Part shown: piece after piece, positions 1 to 8,245 of the stretch
Layout of the letters: each line of letters begins with the position of its first letter
Numbering within the stretch: the stretch's first letter is position 1
DNA from: an uncultured Bacilli bacterium
GTDB taxonomy: Bacteria > Bacillota_I > Bacilli_A > RF39 > UBA660
Length of the DNA: 39,167 nucleotides
Assembly: GCA_947623975.1 (NCBI GenBank)
Contig: CANQHY010000001.1
Coordinates: 1-39,167 of the forward strand
Direction of reading: 5' to 3'
Notes under the pieces: generated by a model
What the model was told of the DNA's origin: nothing
Seen by the model: the letters and a program-made list of their open reading frames with translations, nothing else
Databases searched by the model: none
Position numbers and translations under genes: made by a program

Positions 1-45
1 GTATATGAAGAAGTTATGAAAATATTAAATAAAATTAAAGATTAA
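1..45 (+). CDS. 3' end of an upstream gene (partial, product unassignable)
   Basis: Frame 1 is open from the window edge to TAA at 43-45 (VYEEVMKILNKIKD*). A terminator-like hairpin follows at 113-137. Confidence 0.3.
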   Translation, partial: VYEEVMKILNKIKD

Positions 46-112
46 AAGTTGTTGTACTTCTTCCTTTAGGGCACCATTGATTAATCTGTTCGAGCCTTTT
101 TAGACTTTATAG

Positions 113-137
113 AGAACTTGCAAAAAGTTCTTTTTTT
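113..137 (+). terminator. Rho-independent terminator candidate
   Basis: AGAACTT (113-119) pairs with AAGTTCT (125-131), with a 5-nt loop, followed by T6. Confidence 0.5.
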
Positions 138-330
138 CATTATATCTTTTCTTTATTTTTCAAGAATGTAGCACAATATTCCATCAAATGTTCCTATAAT
201 ATTATGCGATAATATAAATACTAATAAAATGATAATTAGTATTAGAAATTAGATTAATAAATTTTTATTACTAAGGATTTATAAAATTATTAAAATCAGT
301 TCACTGTTATTAAAAAAAATGATATTATGA

Positions 331-352
331 TAGTACAAAGAACTTTGTACTA
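331..352. promoter_or_regulatory. Perfect 22-bp palindrome (operator-like) just upstream of the ASCH-fusion gene
   Basis: TAGTACAAAG-AA-CTTTGTACTA has 10-bp perfect arms. It lies 30 nt before the ATG at 382 and directly after a TATTAT -10-like box (324-329). Confidence 0.4.
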
Positions 353-381
353 AAATTTTATAATTTAGGAGTGTTAAAAAA

Positions 382-1293
382 ATGAAGGTATTGAGTATAA
401 CAGAACCATTTGCTACGTTGATAAAGGAAAAAAAGAAATTTATTGAAACAAGAAGTTGGAAAACTGATTATAGGGGGAAGCTGTATATACACGCTAGTTC
501 GGCAAAAATTCCAAAAGAGTATTTAAAAAATGAAGAATTGAGGACATTAGTTAATAAAGAAGATTTAAATTTTGGAAAAATTATTTGTAAATGTGATTTA
601 GTTGACTGTATTTATATGACCAAAGAATTTATAGAAAAAGTAAAAAGCGATAATTACAAAGAATATATTTGCGGTATATATGAAGAGGGTAGATATGCGT
701 GGGTATTAGATAATATTGAACCATTAGAAAAGTTAATTAAAGCTAAAGGACAGCTTAATATTTGGAATTATTATAGTGAGTTTGAAATTATGGATTTGAT
801 GGATAATATTGAATATGGTTGGGTAGATAAAAATAATAATAAATATAAAACAGTAGATAAAACATTTTTAGATAATTATATTCTACAATCGCCAAAAGAA
901 ATAATAAAAAATAAAGTTGGCGTATGTTGGGATCAAGTAGAACTTGAAAGATTTTATTTTAAAGCAAATGAATGGAACATTAAAACCTATTTTTTAGTTC
1001 ATTATGATAATGATAAATGTCCAACACATACATTTTTAACTTATGAAAAAAATAATAAGTTTTATTGGTTTGAACATTCTTGGGAGAGATTTAGGGGAAT
1101 ACATGAATATAATACTATTAAAGAATTGCTAGTTGATGTTAGAGACAAATTTATTAATTATGAATTAAATAATAAATATAGAAAATCCAATTTAGTATTG
1201 CATGAATATAAAAAGCCAAAATATCACATCTCAGTACCAGAATTTTATAATCATTGTGATTCTGGAAATTATATTGACTTCGATGAGTTGTAG
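382..1293 (+). CDS. ASCH (PUA-like) domain protein fused to a C-terminal Cys/His hydrolase-like (transglutaminase/papain-like?) domain
   Basis: RBS AGGAG lies 8 nt upstream. The N-terminus LSITEPFATLIKEKKKFIETRSWKTDYRGKLYIHAS...KGQLNIWNY matches the ASCH pattern. The C-terminal ~170 aa contains GVCWDQ (Cys182), THTF (His216) and FEHSW. Confidence 0.7.
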   Translation: MKVLSITEPFATLIKEKKKFIETRSWKTDYRGKLYIHASSAKIPKEYLKNEELRTLVNKEDLNFGKIICKCDLVDCIYMTKEFIEKVKSDNYKEYICGIYEEGRYAWVLDNIEPLEKLIKAKGQLNIWNYYSEFEIMDLMDNIEYGWVDKNNNKYKTVDKTFLDNYILQSPKEIIKNKVGVCWDQVELERFYFKANEWNIKTYFLVHYDNDKCPTHTFLTYEKNNKFYWFEHSWERFRGIHEYNTIKELLVDVRDKFINYELNNKYRKSNLVLHEYKKPKYHISVPEFYNHCDSGNYIDFDEL

Positions 1294-1310
1294 AAAAAAG
1301 ATTAATTTAA

Positions 1311-1367
1311 AAATATCTATTCAAATTTTCAAATATAAATAGGGAATTGATTAATAGATATTTTTTT
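1311..1367 (+). terminator. Terminator candidate (long-loop hairpin plus T-run)
   Basis: AAATATCTATT (1311-1321) pairs with AATAGATATTT (1353-1363), followed by a T-run. The 31-nt loop weakens the call. Confidence 0.35.
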
Positions 1368-1425
1368 GTTGTAAATGAAGTCCTATTATCGTTGATTTAA
1401 CTAAAATCATACTATATAATAAGTA

Positions 1426-4400
1426 ATGAGAGGTGAGTTTGTGAAAATTTTGAAAAAATTATTGTCAATTTTCTTAGTGGCAGCAATACTACTAAGTAAT
1501 TTTGGACCAACACTTATCTTTGCTTTGGAGTTAGATAATGTTGCTATGTATCGAACAATAGCAATCGATGATGAAATTACTCCAAAGGGGGATATTGAGG
1601 TCGAAGCCCATTTGGTACTTCCAATAAGAAATCGTGAAAAAAACAACATGGAATTCAAAATATACGACAAAGATAAAAATTGTGCTACGCTTGATTTAAA
1701 CAAAGTCAATGAACCAAGCGACGGATATTTTGAGACATCATTAACTTTAGGAGACCAAAAAGTTCGTGTTACAGTCACTGAACGTGATAAAGATGGAAAC
1801 TTATTAAGTGGCGTTGATTATGAAGAAAACGTCGTATATTTAAGTATCAATGTATATTCTCTTAATGTTGGAGATTATCGCGTTGAATTGAGTGGAAAAT
1901 ATTTTGTCACTTACGGTGTCGATGTTACACTTTCAGACTTTTCAAAAAGAATTAATATCACTGATGAAAGAGGAATGTTCGAAATTGGTGATATAAATGA
2001 AGACGGAAAAGTCGATAATAATGATAGCTTGTTAATGTTAAATGCTATAAAATCAAATAACAACACTTATGACTTGAATTTAGATGGTGTTGTTGATATT
2101 GCTGATTTAAATTATATAACAGCAATGTTAAATGGCGAAAAACATGAAAAAGAAATTAGTAATACTAGTGCTATCATAAGTAGTGAAAATGTGTCATTTA
2201 CGGTTCCAGAAGGAACTATAAAAGAAGGTTCACTTAACGATATTTTCTCTAATGACGGAGGCGTTACTTTACAACAAGTAGGTGACGAACCAATTAATCT
2301 TAGCCTAGATTTGAGTGGAAAAGATAACTCTTCGACTGTAGAAATGAGTGAAATTAGAATTGGTGTTGGTGATGAGACGCCAAAGAGCTTAAAAGTAGCT
2401 GTAGAATTAGAAAATGGTGACATAATCGTAAGAAATGTAACATCAACTAATAATCAAGATACTTATCCTTTTACCGATAGAGTTACAGAAAAAACTATTG
2501 TCGTTGATTTGGGAAAGCAAGTTGCTGTTAAAAAAGTAACAATTGTTGTTACAGAAGCATCTTCTAATAATTTAGCAGATATTGCTAAGGTAGAATTTTT
2601 AAATAACGTTAAAGTAAAGACAGAAGAACCTGATAATTTCTATACACCTGATAACATCAAAGTTGATAGTTCCGTAAGTGAGCAATTAACAATTAGCTTT
2701 AATTCTGTACCAAATGTTACTGGTTATGAGATTTGGGTAGTTGGACCAAAAATGGATACTGTATTCCAAACAACATATACAACATTTACGGTTGAAGATT
2801 TAAAGAACTATGCTACATATAAGATTTATGTACAATCTGCTAATCAGGAATGGCGAAGCGGATGGAGCGAAGCAATAGAAGCAACACCACAAGCAACAAG
2901 AAAAGCACCTAAAGTTGATATGGTTAAAGCAGAACCTACTTATGCTGGAATAAACTTTTCATGGAACGATATGGATGATACTTTATCATATAAACTTTAT
3001 TACCGTGAAAAAGGTGCTGATAAATTTGAACTTATAGATAACATTACTACTAATAGTTATAAATTAAAAGGATTAAAGGCATCGACAACATATGAAGCTT
3101 ATGTTTTAGGTGTAAATAAGATCGGGGAAAGCGAAACTTATACGTTAGTTAGTGCTAAAACCTTAGAATCAGGAGCTGCTATTGTTCCTAGATATTATCT
3201 AATTAATTCTGAATATGATCAATTAACAAAAAGAACAACACATATCGAAAAAGTTCAATATTCTACTGGAACAATGACAAATAATGATGGAAATTCAATT
3301 GTCGATGATGATTTTTCTACTTATTGGAATCATGATGATTGGCAAATTTCAGCTCACTATGGATTTAATACTGGAGCACCAGTTATTGTCTTAGATAAAG
3401 CTTATGAAATGGATGAATTTGTCATTACTGTTCCTGATGGCTTTAAATACAGTTATAAAGCAGGAGGGCAAAATAGTAATGATATAAAGCTTCATTATTG
3501 GAAAGAATCACATGATGTTTATAACGATACTGATCGAATAGAAGTAAAAGCTACTTTAACTACTAAAACAGATGAAAATAATCGTAAATATTATGTGTTA
3601 AAACTTGATGAGCCAATCACAGCAAAAGCTGTTTCTTTTGCACTTACTGTTGCTGGAAACGGAAGCAACAATATGCAAATAGACGAGGTTAAATTTTATA
3701 AATACGACTCATTAGTAGATGATGTTGCAGCACTATTTACTGATGATTTAAGATTAGTTCTTGCTGATGGTGTTGATATGGATGATATCAATGCTTTAAG
3801 AGAAAGAGCAGAACTTAAAGATAACGATGAATATTCGCCTTATAGAGATAGTGTTCTAGCCGATTTGGATTATGCTGAGAAGATTCTTAAGGATGAAAAA
3901 ATAGATGACGTTATTACGTTAAATCCTAACATTTCCAATAGTTATAATGGACATTTAAAATTTGCTATGACAATAAGTGATTATCAACCATTAGGAATTG
4001 TAGCAAGACCTGGTGAGACTTTAAATGTTTATGTTGGATCAACTGGCAGTGTAAATGTACAATTGGTATTTACACAATATCATGCCGAAGCAGGTGAATG
4101 GAATAAAACGTCAGTAGCTTTACAAAAAGGATTAAATATAATTAAAGTGCCAACGATTGGTTCTTCAACCGATGAACGTGGTGGAAGTGTCTATATTCGT
4201 TACACATCTAAGCCTGATGCAGCTAATCCAATTAAAGTAAGAGTTAGTGGTGGTACTAAAATACCTATGGTAGATACAACTTTGCTTGAGAATGACGAGT
4301 TAAAGAAAGAAGCTATCAAAAATTATATTGAAGAACTTACTGATTACAATAGTAAGCTAGAAAGCACTTATGCTAGTGAAGGTTTGATATTTGATAAGTA

Positions 4401-6603
4401 TAGTAGTGTTTTAGCATCTACAGAAATCGTTACAGAACATGGAATTTTCTCTGTATCTAGTATAGCTGTTTTAAATGCTTTAAACTCTAAAGCTACGACT
4501 ATCGAGGGAAAAACTGATACATTATTTGAATCAATGGAAGCATTCGATGAAATGATGGAGTTGTTCTATCGTCAAAAAGGATTATCAAGAAATGCTTCTG
4601 TTACAACTGATGAAATGCCAAAAGCTAGAATCAACATTCGTTATATGCAGATGTTTGATGGTGCCTTCATGTATGCTGGTGGGTACCACGTAGGTATCGA
4701 ATATGGTTCAATAGCAGGACTTGTTCAAGCAAGTAGAAATAGCGATAATGCTACTGGATATTTCGGTTGGGGAATAAGCCATGAGGTTGGTCATCAAATA
4801 AACCAAAAAGATACCGTATTTGCTGAGGTAACTAACAACATTTATGCATTACTTGCACAAACTAGCAACGATTATGATAATTCTCGTTTAGAGTTAAGTA
4901 ACATTTACGAAAAAATATATGATAAAGTAACATCTCATACTTTAGGAAGAGCACAAAATGTGTTTGTTCAATTGGGAATGTATTGGCAACTTCATCTAGC
5001 ATATGACGGAAACAAAACATTTAATGATGAAAATTCCATTTATGCAAGAATCAATAAATTCTCAAGAACATATACTAATCCAAACAAACTTTCAAGAGAT
5101 GAATTAACTATCCTTTATGCTAGTATCGCTGCTAATAAAGATTTAACTGATTTCTTTAGTGCTTGGGGATTAGTTGCAACTGATAAAGTAAAAGAAGAAA
5201 TAGCAAATTTAAAACTTGAAAAAGAAACAAGAGAAATTTACTATTTAAATGATGAAGCTAGAAGATATATATTAGCAGGTGGTGAAAAGATTACAAACTC
5301 AGATATTTTAACTGCTAGTATTGAAGATGCTTCTAGTACTAATAAACGCGTTACTTTAAACTTTAATGTTACAAATGAATCTAATAAGATATTAGGTTAT
5401 GAAATAATTCGTAATGGTGTGTCTATTGCCTTTGTTCCAAGTGGTATGAATACATTTACCGATAATATCGGAGCAGAAAACAATAGAGCATACACATACC
5501 AAGTAGTAGCATACGATTATCTATTGAATAAAACAAATACTGTAACATTAGATGAGATTAAAATCTCTCATGATGGAAGCGTTAAAAAAGATGCCTTTAC
5601 AATTACGTCAAATGTAAAAGAACAGGGCGAAATAGTCGATAATGAAGATATCGATTTAGATCCTAATAAATTACATGTAAATAATCTTATTGATGGAAAT
5701 CTTTCAACTGGATTTAAAGGTGATGAAAAAATTAAAACTTTGAATCAAACTAGTGATAAACCAAGTATTTCTGTCGATGATGGAAACGCTTACGTAATAA
5801 TTAATTTAAATAATTCAATGTCTGTAAGTGGTATCAAATATCGTGCTTTAGTAGAAGATGGCAATCTTGCTCCAAATACGATTACAAAATATAAAATTTC
5901 TGTAAGTGCAACAGGTGAAGATGGTAGTTGGATAGTTGCAAGAGTTGGAGAATTCAGTCTTAGTGCTGATAATCCTGAACAGACAGTTTACTTTATGGGT
6001 CAAGATACTGATAGCCAAAGTCAATTATGGACATATAATGGTGTAGGTTACATTAAGATTGAATCAGATGGTAACAAAGCTGGATTATCAGGAGCTGAAT
6101 TTGATGTTATTGCACCTCCTGGTGATAACGTTGACTTTAATAATGACTCTATTGGTTTATTAGAAGAAGATTATTGTTATCTAACAGCAGGATGCCCTAT
6201 CGATAAAGTCGATGAAAATGGTGATGTTGAAGGAATAATTAAGGCTGGTTCTGTAGTTATTCAAGGATCATACCGTGGCAATCCATCATTTAACAACGTA
6301 TTAATAGCAGATGCCAACAATATAGAAAAAGTATATGGCGGATATTTCTTACTATTTGCCGAGCTTAATAGTGATAATTCAGTCTATGATGTTGCAAATG
6401 GAACTTGGTTATATGTTATGACAAAAGAAGAATATGAAAAAATGATAGGTGAATCAACAAGTATTCGTGCTTACTTATATAGAGTTAATAATGCCATTAC
6501 AAATGCCGGTCAAAGATTAACTAGTACATCTAAGATGGTTACTGATTTGAAAAAATATGATGAATTAACAAAAATTCAAATTAAAGATACAAATAAGAAA
6601 TAG
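1426..6603 (+). CDS. Secreted multidomain M60-like (enhancin-like) zinc metallopeptidase with dockerin, FN3 and CBM32/F5-8-type-C-like modules
   Basis: Signal peptide KILKKLLSIFLVAAILLSNFGPTLIFA. Zinc motif GWGISHEVGHQ (HEVGH at 4780-4794) with a downstream AEVTNN Glu. Two FN3-like segments (aa ~405-580). Repeated ...I(D/A)EV(K/E)F... carbohydrate-binding-module-like segments. GTG at 1441 behind GAGAGGTGAG is the more likely true start. Confidence 0.85.
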   Translation: MRGEFVKILKKLLSIFLVAAILLSNFGPTLIFALELDNVAMYRTIAIDDEITPKGDIEVEAHLVLPIRNREKNNMEFKIYDKDKNCATLDLNKVNEPSDGYFETSLTLGDQKVRVTVTERDKDGNLLSGVDYEENVVYLSINVYSLNVGDYRVELSGKYFVTYGVDVTLSDFSKRINITDERGMFEIGDINEDGKVDNNDSLLMLNAIKSNNNTYDLNLDGVVDIADLNYITAMLNGEKHEKEISNTSAIISSENVSFTVPEGTIKEGSLNDIFSNDGGVTLQQVGDEPINLSLDLSGKDNSSTVEMSEIRIGVGDETPKSLKVAVELENGDIIVRNVTSTNNQDTYPFTDRVTEKTIVVDLGKQVAVKKVTIVVTEASSNNLADIAKVEFLNNVKVKTEEPDNFYTPDNIKVDSSVSEQLTISFNSVPNVTGYEIWVVGPKMDTVFQTTYTTFTVEDLKNYATYKIYVQSANQEWRSGWSEAIEATPQATRKAPKVDMVKAEPTYAGINFSWNDMDDTLSYKLYYREKGADKFELIDNITTNSYKLKGLKASTTYEAYVLGVNKIGESETYTLVSAKTLESGAAIVPRYYLINSEYDQLTKRTTHIEKVQYSTGTMTNNDGNSIVDDDFSTYWNHDDWQISAHYGFNTGAPVIVLDKAYEMDEFVITVPDGFKYSYKAGGQNSNDIKLHYWKESHDVYNDTDRIEVKATLTTKTDENNRKYYVLKLDEPITAKAVSFALTVAGNGSNNMQIDEVKFYKYDSLVDDVAALFTDDLRLVLADGVDMDDINALRERAELKDNDEYSPYRDSVLADLDYAEKILKDEKIDDVITLNPNISNSYNGHLKFAMTISDYQPLGIVARPGETLNVYVGSTGSVNVQLVFTQYHAEAGEWNKTSVALQKGLNIIKVPTIGSSTDERGGSVYIRYTSKPDAANPIKVRVSGGTKIPMVDTTLLENDELKKEAIKNYIEELTDYNSKLESTYASEGLIFDKYSSVLASTEIVTEHGIFSVSSIAVLNALNSKATTIEGKTDTLFESMEAFDEMMELFYRQKGLSRNASVTTDEMPKARINIRYMQMFDGAFMYAGGYHVGIEYGSIAGLVQASRNSDNATGYFGWGISHEVGHQINQKDTVFAEVTNNIYALLAQTSNDYDNSRLELSNIYEKIYDKVTSHTLGRAQNVFVQLGMYWQLHLAYDGNKTFNDENSIYARINKFSRTYTNPNKLSRDELTILYASIAANKDLTDFFSAWGLVATDKVKEEIANLKLEKETREIYYLNDEARRYILAGGEKITNSDILTASIEDASSTNKRVTLNFNVTNESNKILGYEIIRNGVSIAFVPSGMNTFTDNIGAENNRAYTYQVVAYDYLLNKTNTVTLDEIKISHDGSVKKDAFTITSNVKEQGEIVDNEDIDLDPNKLHVNNLIDGNLSTGFKGDEKIKTLNQTSDKPSISVDDGNAYVIINLNNSMSVSGIKYRALVEDGNLAPNTITKYKISVSATGEDGSWIVARVGEFSLSADNPEQTVYFMGQDTDSQSQLWTYNGVGYIKIESDGNKAGLSGAEFDVIAPPGDNVDFNNDSIGLLEEDYCYLTAGCPIDKVDENGDVEGIIKAGSVVIQGSYRGNPSFNNVLIADANNIEKVYGGYFLLFAELNSDNSVYDVANGTWLYVMTKEEYEKMIGESTSIRAYLYRVNNAITNAGQRLTSTSKMVTDLKKYDELTKIQIKDTNKK
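1987..2136 (+). other. Dockerin module (two Ca-binding EF-hand-like segments) inside the M60 peptidase
   Basis: DINEDGKVDNND...LLMLNAI and DLNLDGVVDIAD...LNYITAML both fit the D-x-N-x-D-G-x-x-D-x-x-D loop plus helix. They sit at aa ~188-236 rather than at the C-terminus. Confidence 0.65.
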
Positions 6604-6615
6604 GGTGGTGAGGTT

Positions 6616-7554
6616 ATGAAGAAAAATATATTAATTGTAATAACATTTATAACATGCTTATTTTGTTCATTTACTTCCGTTGATGCCTTAACTAAAGTTA
6701 ATTTTGGTGAAGAGAGTAATGGAAAGATTAAAACAACTCTTCATTTCGAAGAAGGATTTGTTGGAGGAGTAGAGTTAGTACTTAAATTGGAAGGCGACGT
6801 TTCCGTTAAGAATTTTGCCTTCGATAATAAAATATCATCTAGTAATTATGAAAAAAGTTACGACTATAATAATGGGAACCATACACTAACTATTCGTATA
6901 ACGACTGGTGGTGTAGGTTCCAGTCATAACTTACTTAATTCAAAAAAAGAATTATTATTAGGAAATATTGAGTTATCTACTGATTCTTTAGAAAATGTTA
7001 ATTATAAACTTAGTGAATCATCTCTAACTGTTGTAGATAACAGCTGGAATTCTAAAAAAGTTTCACAAGAACATATAACGTTAGGTGATAAAACAGAGTT
7101 TACTTATGTTGTTACCAACACTAGTGAAGAAAATCCTCCGGTAGATGAAGATAAAGACGAAGAAGAAGACAAAAAAGACGAAGATGACAATAAAGATGAT
7201 AACAACAAAGAAGAAAATGTTTCTGGTAATAATGGAGGAACTACAAGCAACGATTCAAACAATCCTAATAGCGGTAATACGACGAATAATAATACCAATA
7301 ATACCAATAATAACAATAATAACAATGACAATAACAATAATAGTAATAACGATGAAAGCAATGTTATTGGAGACGATAATAATACAACAGAACCTGAGAC
7401 CGATGATAATAATTTAGAAAACAATACTAGTACTGATAATGATCAAGAAGAAGATAACGATAGTTGGCTTTTGATTTTAGGATGTGCTGTAGCAGTATTT
7501 GCTGTTGGTGTTGGAATTTACGTCTTCGTAGTTAAGAAAAGAGAAGAACAATAA
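6616..7554 (+). CDS. Membrane-anchored surface protein: signal peptide, cohesin-like beta-sandwich candidate, D/E/N-rich linker, C-terminal TM helix
   Basis: RBS GGTGGTGAGG is present and the gene starts 12 nt after the M60 stop. Signal peptide ILIVITFITCLFCSFTSVDA. The segment GGVELVLKLEGDVSVKNFAFDN...LLLGNIELS resembles cohesin segments (by eye only). C-terminal anchor WLLILGCAVAVFAVGVGIYVFVVKKREEQ. Confidence 0.6.
   Translation: MKKNILIVITFITCLFCSFTSVDALTKVNFGEESNGKIKTTLHFEEGFVGGVELVLKLEGDVSVKNFAFDNKISSSNYEKSYDYNNGNHTLTIRITTGGVGSSHNLLNSKKELLLGNIELSTDSLENVNYKLSESSLTVVDNSWNSKKVSQEHITLGDKTEFTYVVTNTSEENPPVDEDKDEEEDKKDEDDNKDDNNKEENVSGNNGGTTSNDSNNPNSGNTTNNNTNNTNNNNNNNDNNNNSNNDESNVIGDDNNTTEPETDDNNLENNTSTDNDQEEDNDSWLLILGCAVAVFAVGVGIYVFVVKKREEQ
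7125..7465 (+). repeat. Coding low-complexity tract (Asp/Glu/Lys then poly-Asn/Thr) with AAT/AAC trinucleotide runs
   Basis: DEDKDEEEDKKDEDDNKDDNNKEEN...NNNTNNTNNNNNNNDNNNNSNND. Near-pure AAT/AAC/ACC codon run at ~7285-7350. The tract generates the spurious overlapping ORFs 7104-7424(-) and 7145-7417(+). Confidence 0.85.
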
Positions 7555-7563
7555 TATAAAGCA

Positions 7564-7594
7564 AAAGAACAGATTGTAATAAATTTGTTCTTTT
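7564..7594 (+). terminator. Terminator candidate after the anchor-protein gene
   Basis: AAAGAACA (7564-7571) pairs with TGTTCTTT (7586-7593), with a 14-nt loop and a short T tail. Confidence 0.4.
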
Positions 7595-7661
7595 ACTTAT
7601 CAAATATAATAATTAAAAAATATCATCCTTCATATAGTGTAATAGTGAGGGAGTGATCATA

Positions 7662-7913
7662 ATGACATTAACTGTTGCTAGTATTGTTTTATTTACGACA
7701 CTAGTTTTGGGGTCTATTTGCAAAAGTACTAATTTGCGTACCAAAAACAACATACCATTACAGAATTTAATCATAGGAGTAATTTCAGGATTTATTTGTT
7801 ATTTTGCTGGTGTTGAAAATAATTTAATGGAGGCAATTATTTTGTGTGTAATGTCCGCTTTTTCCGCTGGTGGAGTATACGATTTGTCCAAAACAGTTAG
7901 AAAAGATAAATAA
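7662..7913 (+). CDS. Holin-like small membrane protein (Listeria phage A118 Hol118-type)
   Basis: RBS GAGGGAG (7647-7653) lies 8 nt before the ATG at 7662. The 83-aa product has 2-3 TM segments. ...NNIPLQNLIIGVISGFI...AFSAGGVYDLSKTVRKDK parallels Hol118 ...SKWLPTVSILIGAILGAL...AGAGGTGLFEQF... with a charged tail. Confidence 0.5.
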   Translation: MTLTVASIVLFTTLVLGSICKSTNLRTKNNIPLQNLIIGVISGFICYFAGVENNLMEAIILCVMSAFSAGGVYDLSKTVRKDK

Positions 7914-7915
7914 AG

Positions 7916-7941
7916 CAAATAGAAATTCTATTTGTTTTTTT
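7916..7941 (+). terminator. Rho-independent terminator
   Basis: CAAATAGA (7916-7923) pairs with TCTATTTG (7927-7934), followed by T7. Confidence 0.65.
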
Positions 7942-7960
7942 GACAGAATTGAATTTATAG

Positions 7961-7990
7961 TTGACTAAAATAATAACTGTAGGTTATAAT
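7961..7990 (+). promoter_or_regulatory. Sigma-A-type promoter for tRNA-Ser
   Basis: TTGACT (7961-7966), an 18-nt spacer, then TATAAT (7985-7990). The tRNA 5' end is 19 nt downstream. Confidence 0.6.
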
Positions 7991-8008
7991 TAGTTAGTCA
8001 GGCGATTT

Positions 8009-8101
8009 GGAGTGATACTCAAGAGGCTGAAGAGGCGCCCCTGCTAAGGGTGTAGATCGGGTTAAACTGATGCGAGGGTTCAAATCCCTCTCGCTCCGCC
8101 A
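8009..8101 (+). tRNA. tRNA-Ser (anticodon GCU), class II with long variable arm, encoded CCA
   Basis: Acceptor stem GGAGTGA/TCGCTCC. Anticodon stem CGCCC/GGGTG with loop CTGCTAA (GCT at 8043-8045). Variable-arm stem ATCGG/CTGAT. T arm GAGGG-TTCAAAT-CCCTC. Discriminator G plus CCA. Confidence 0.93.
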
Positions 8102-8113
8102 TATATGTAAAAC

Positions 8114-8150
8114 AAAAGATGTTTGAATATTTCTTCAACATCTTTTTACT
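8114..8150 (+). terminator. Rho-independent terminator after the tRNA
   Basis: AAAAGATGTTTGAA pairs with TTCAACATCTTTT (one bulged T), followed by a T-rich tail. Confidence 0.65.
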
Positions 8151-8245
8151 TTTATGGAATAAATTCTTTCGTTGTTTATATTCGTTTTATCTTGAATTTG
8201 ATTAATAACTATTATATAATTGTGGCATATAATAGGTGATGAGTT

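Noticed and set aside
138-300. Possible small minus-strand ORFs or a toxin-like hydrophobic peptide in the 5' intergenic region
   Set aside because: The hydrophobic frame (LIIILLVFILSHNIIGTFDGILCYILEK*) has no ATG, GTG or TTG start after the upstream stop. The only ATG-led ORF there is 14 codons long.
1407-2423. Minus-strand ORFs 1407-1778 and 2112-2423
   Set aside because: They lie entirely antisense within the well-supported M60 peptidase gene. Their products are low-complexity and hydrophobic, with no RBS. Long antisense ORFs of this kind arise readily opposite a real gene.
7104-7424. ORFs 7104-7424 (-) and 7145-7417 (+) with poly-Leu/Ser or poly-Ile/Thr/Lys products
   Set aside because: They are frame and strand shadows of the AAT/GAA-rich low-complexity linker of the 6616-7554 gene. 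Their compositions are implausible for real proteins.
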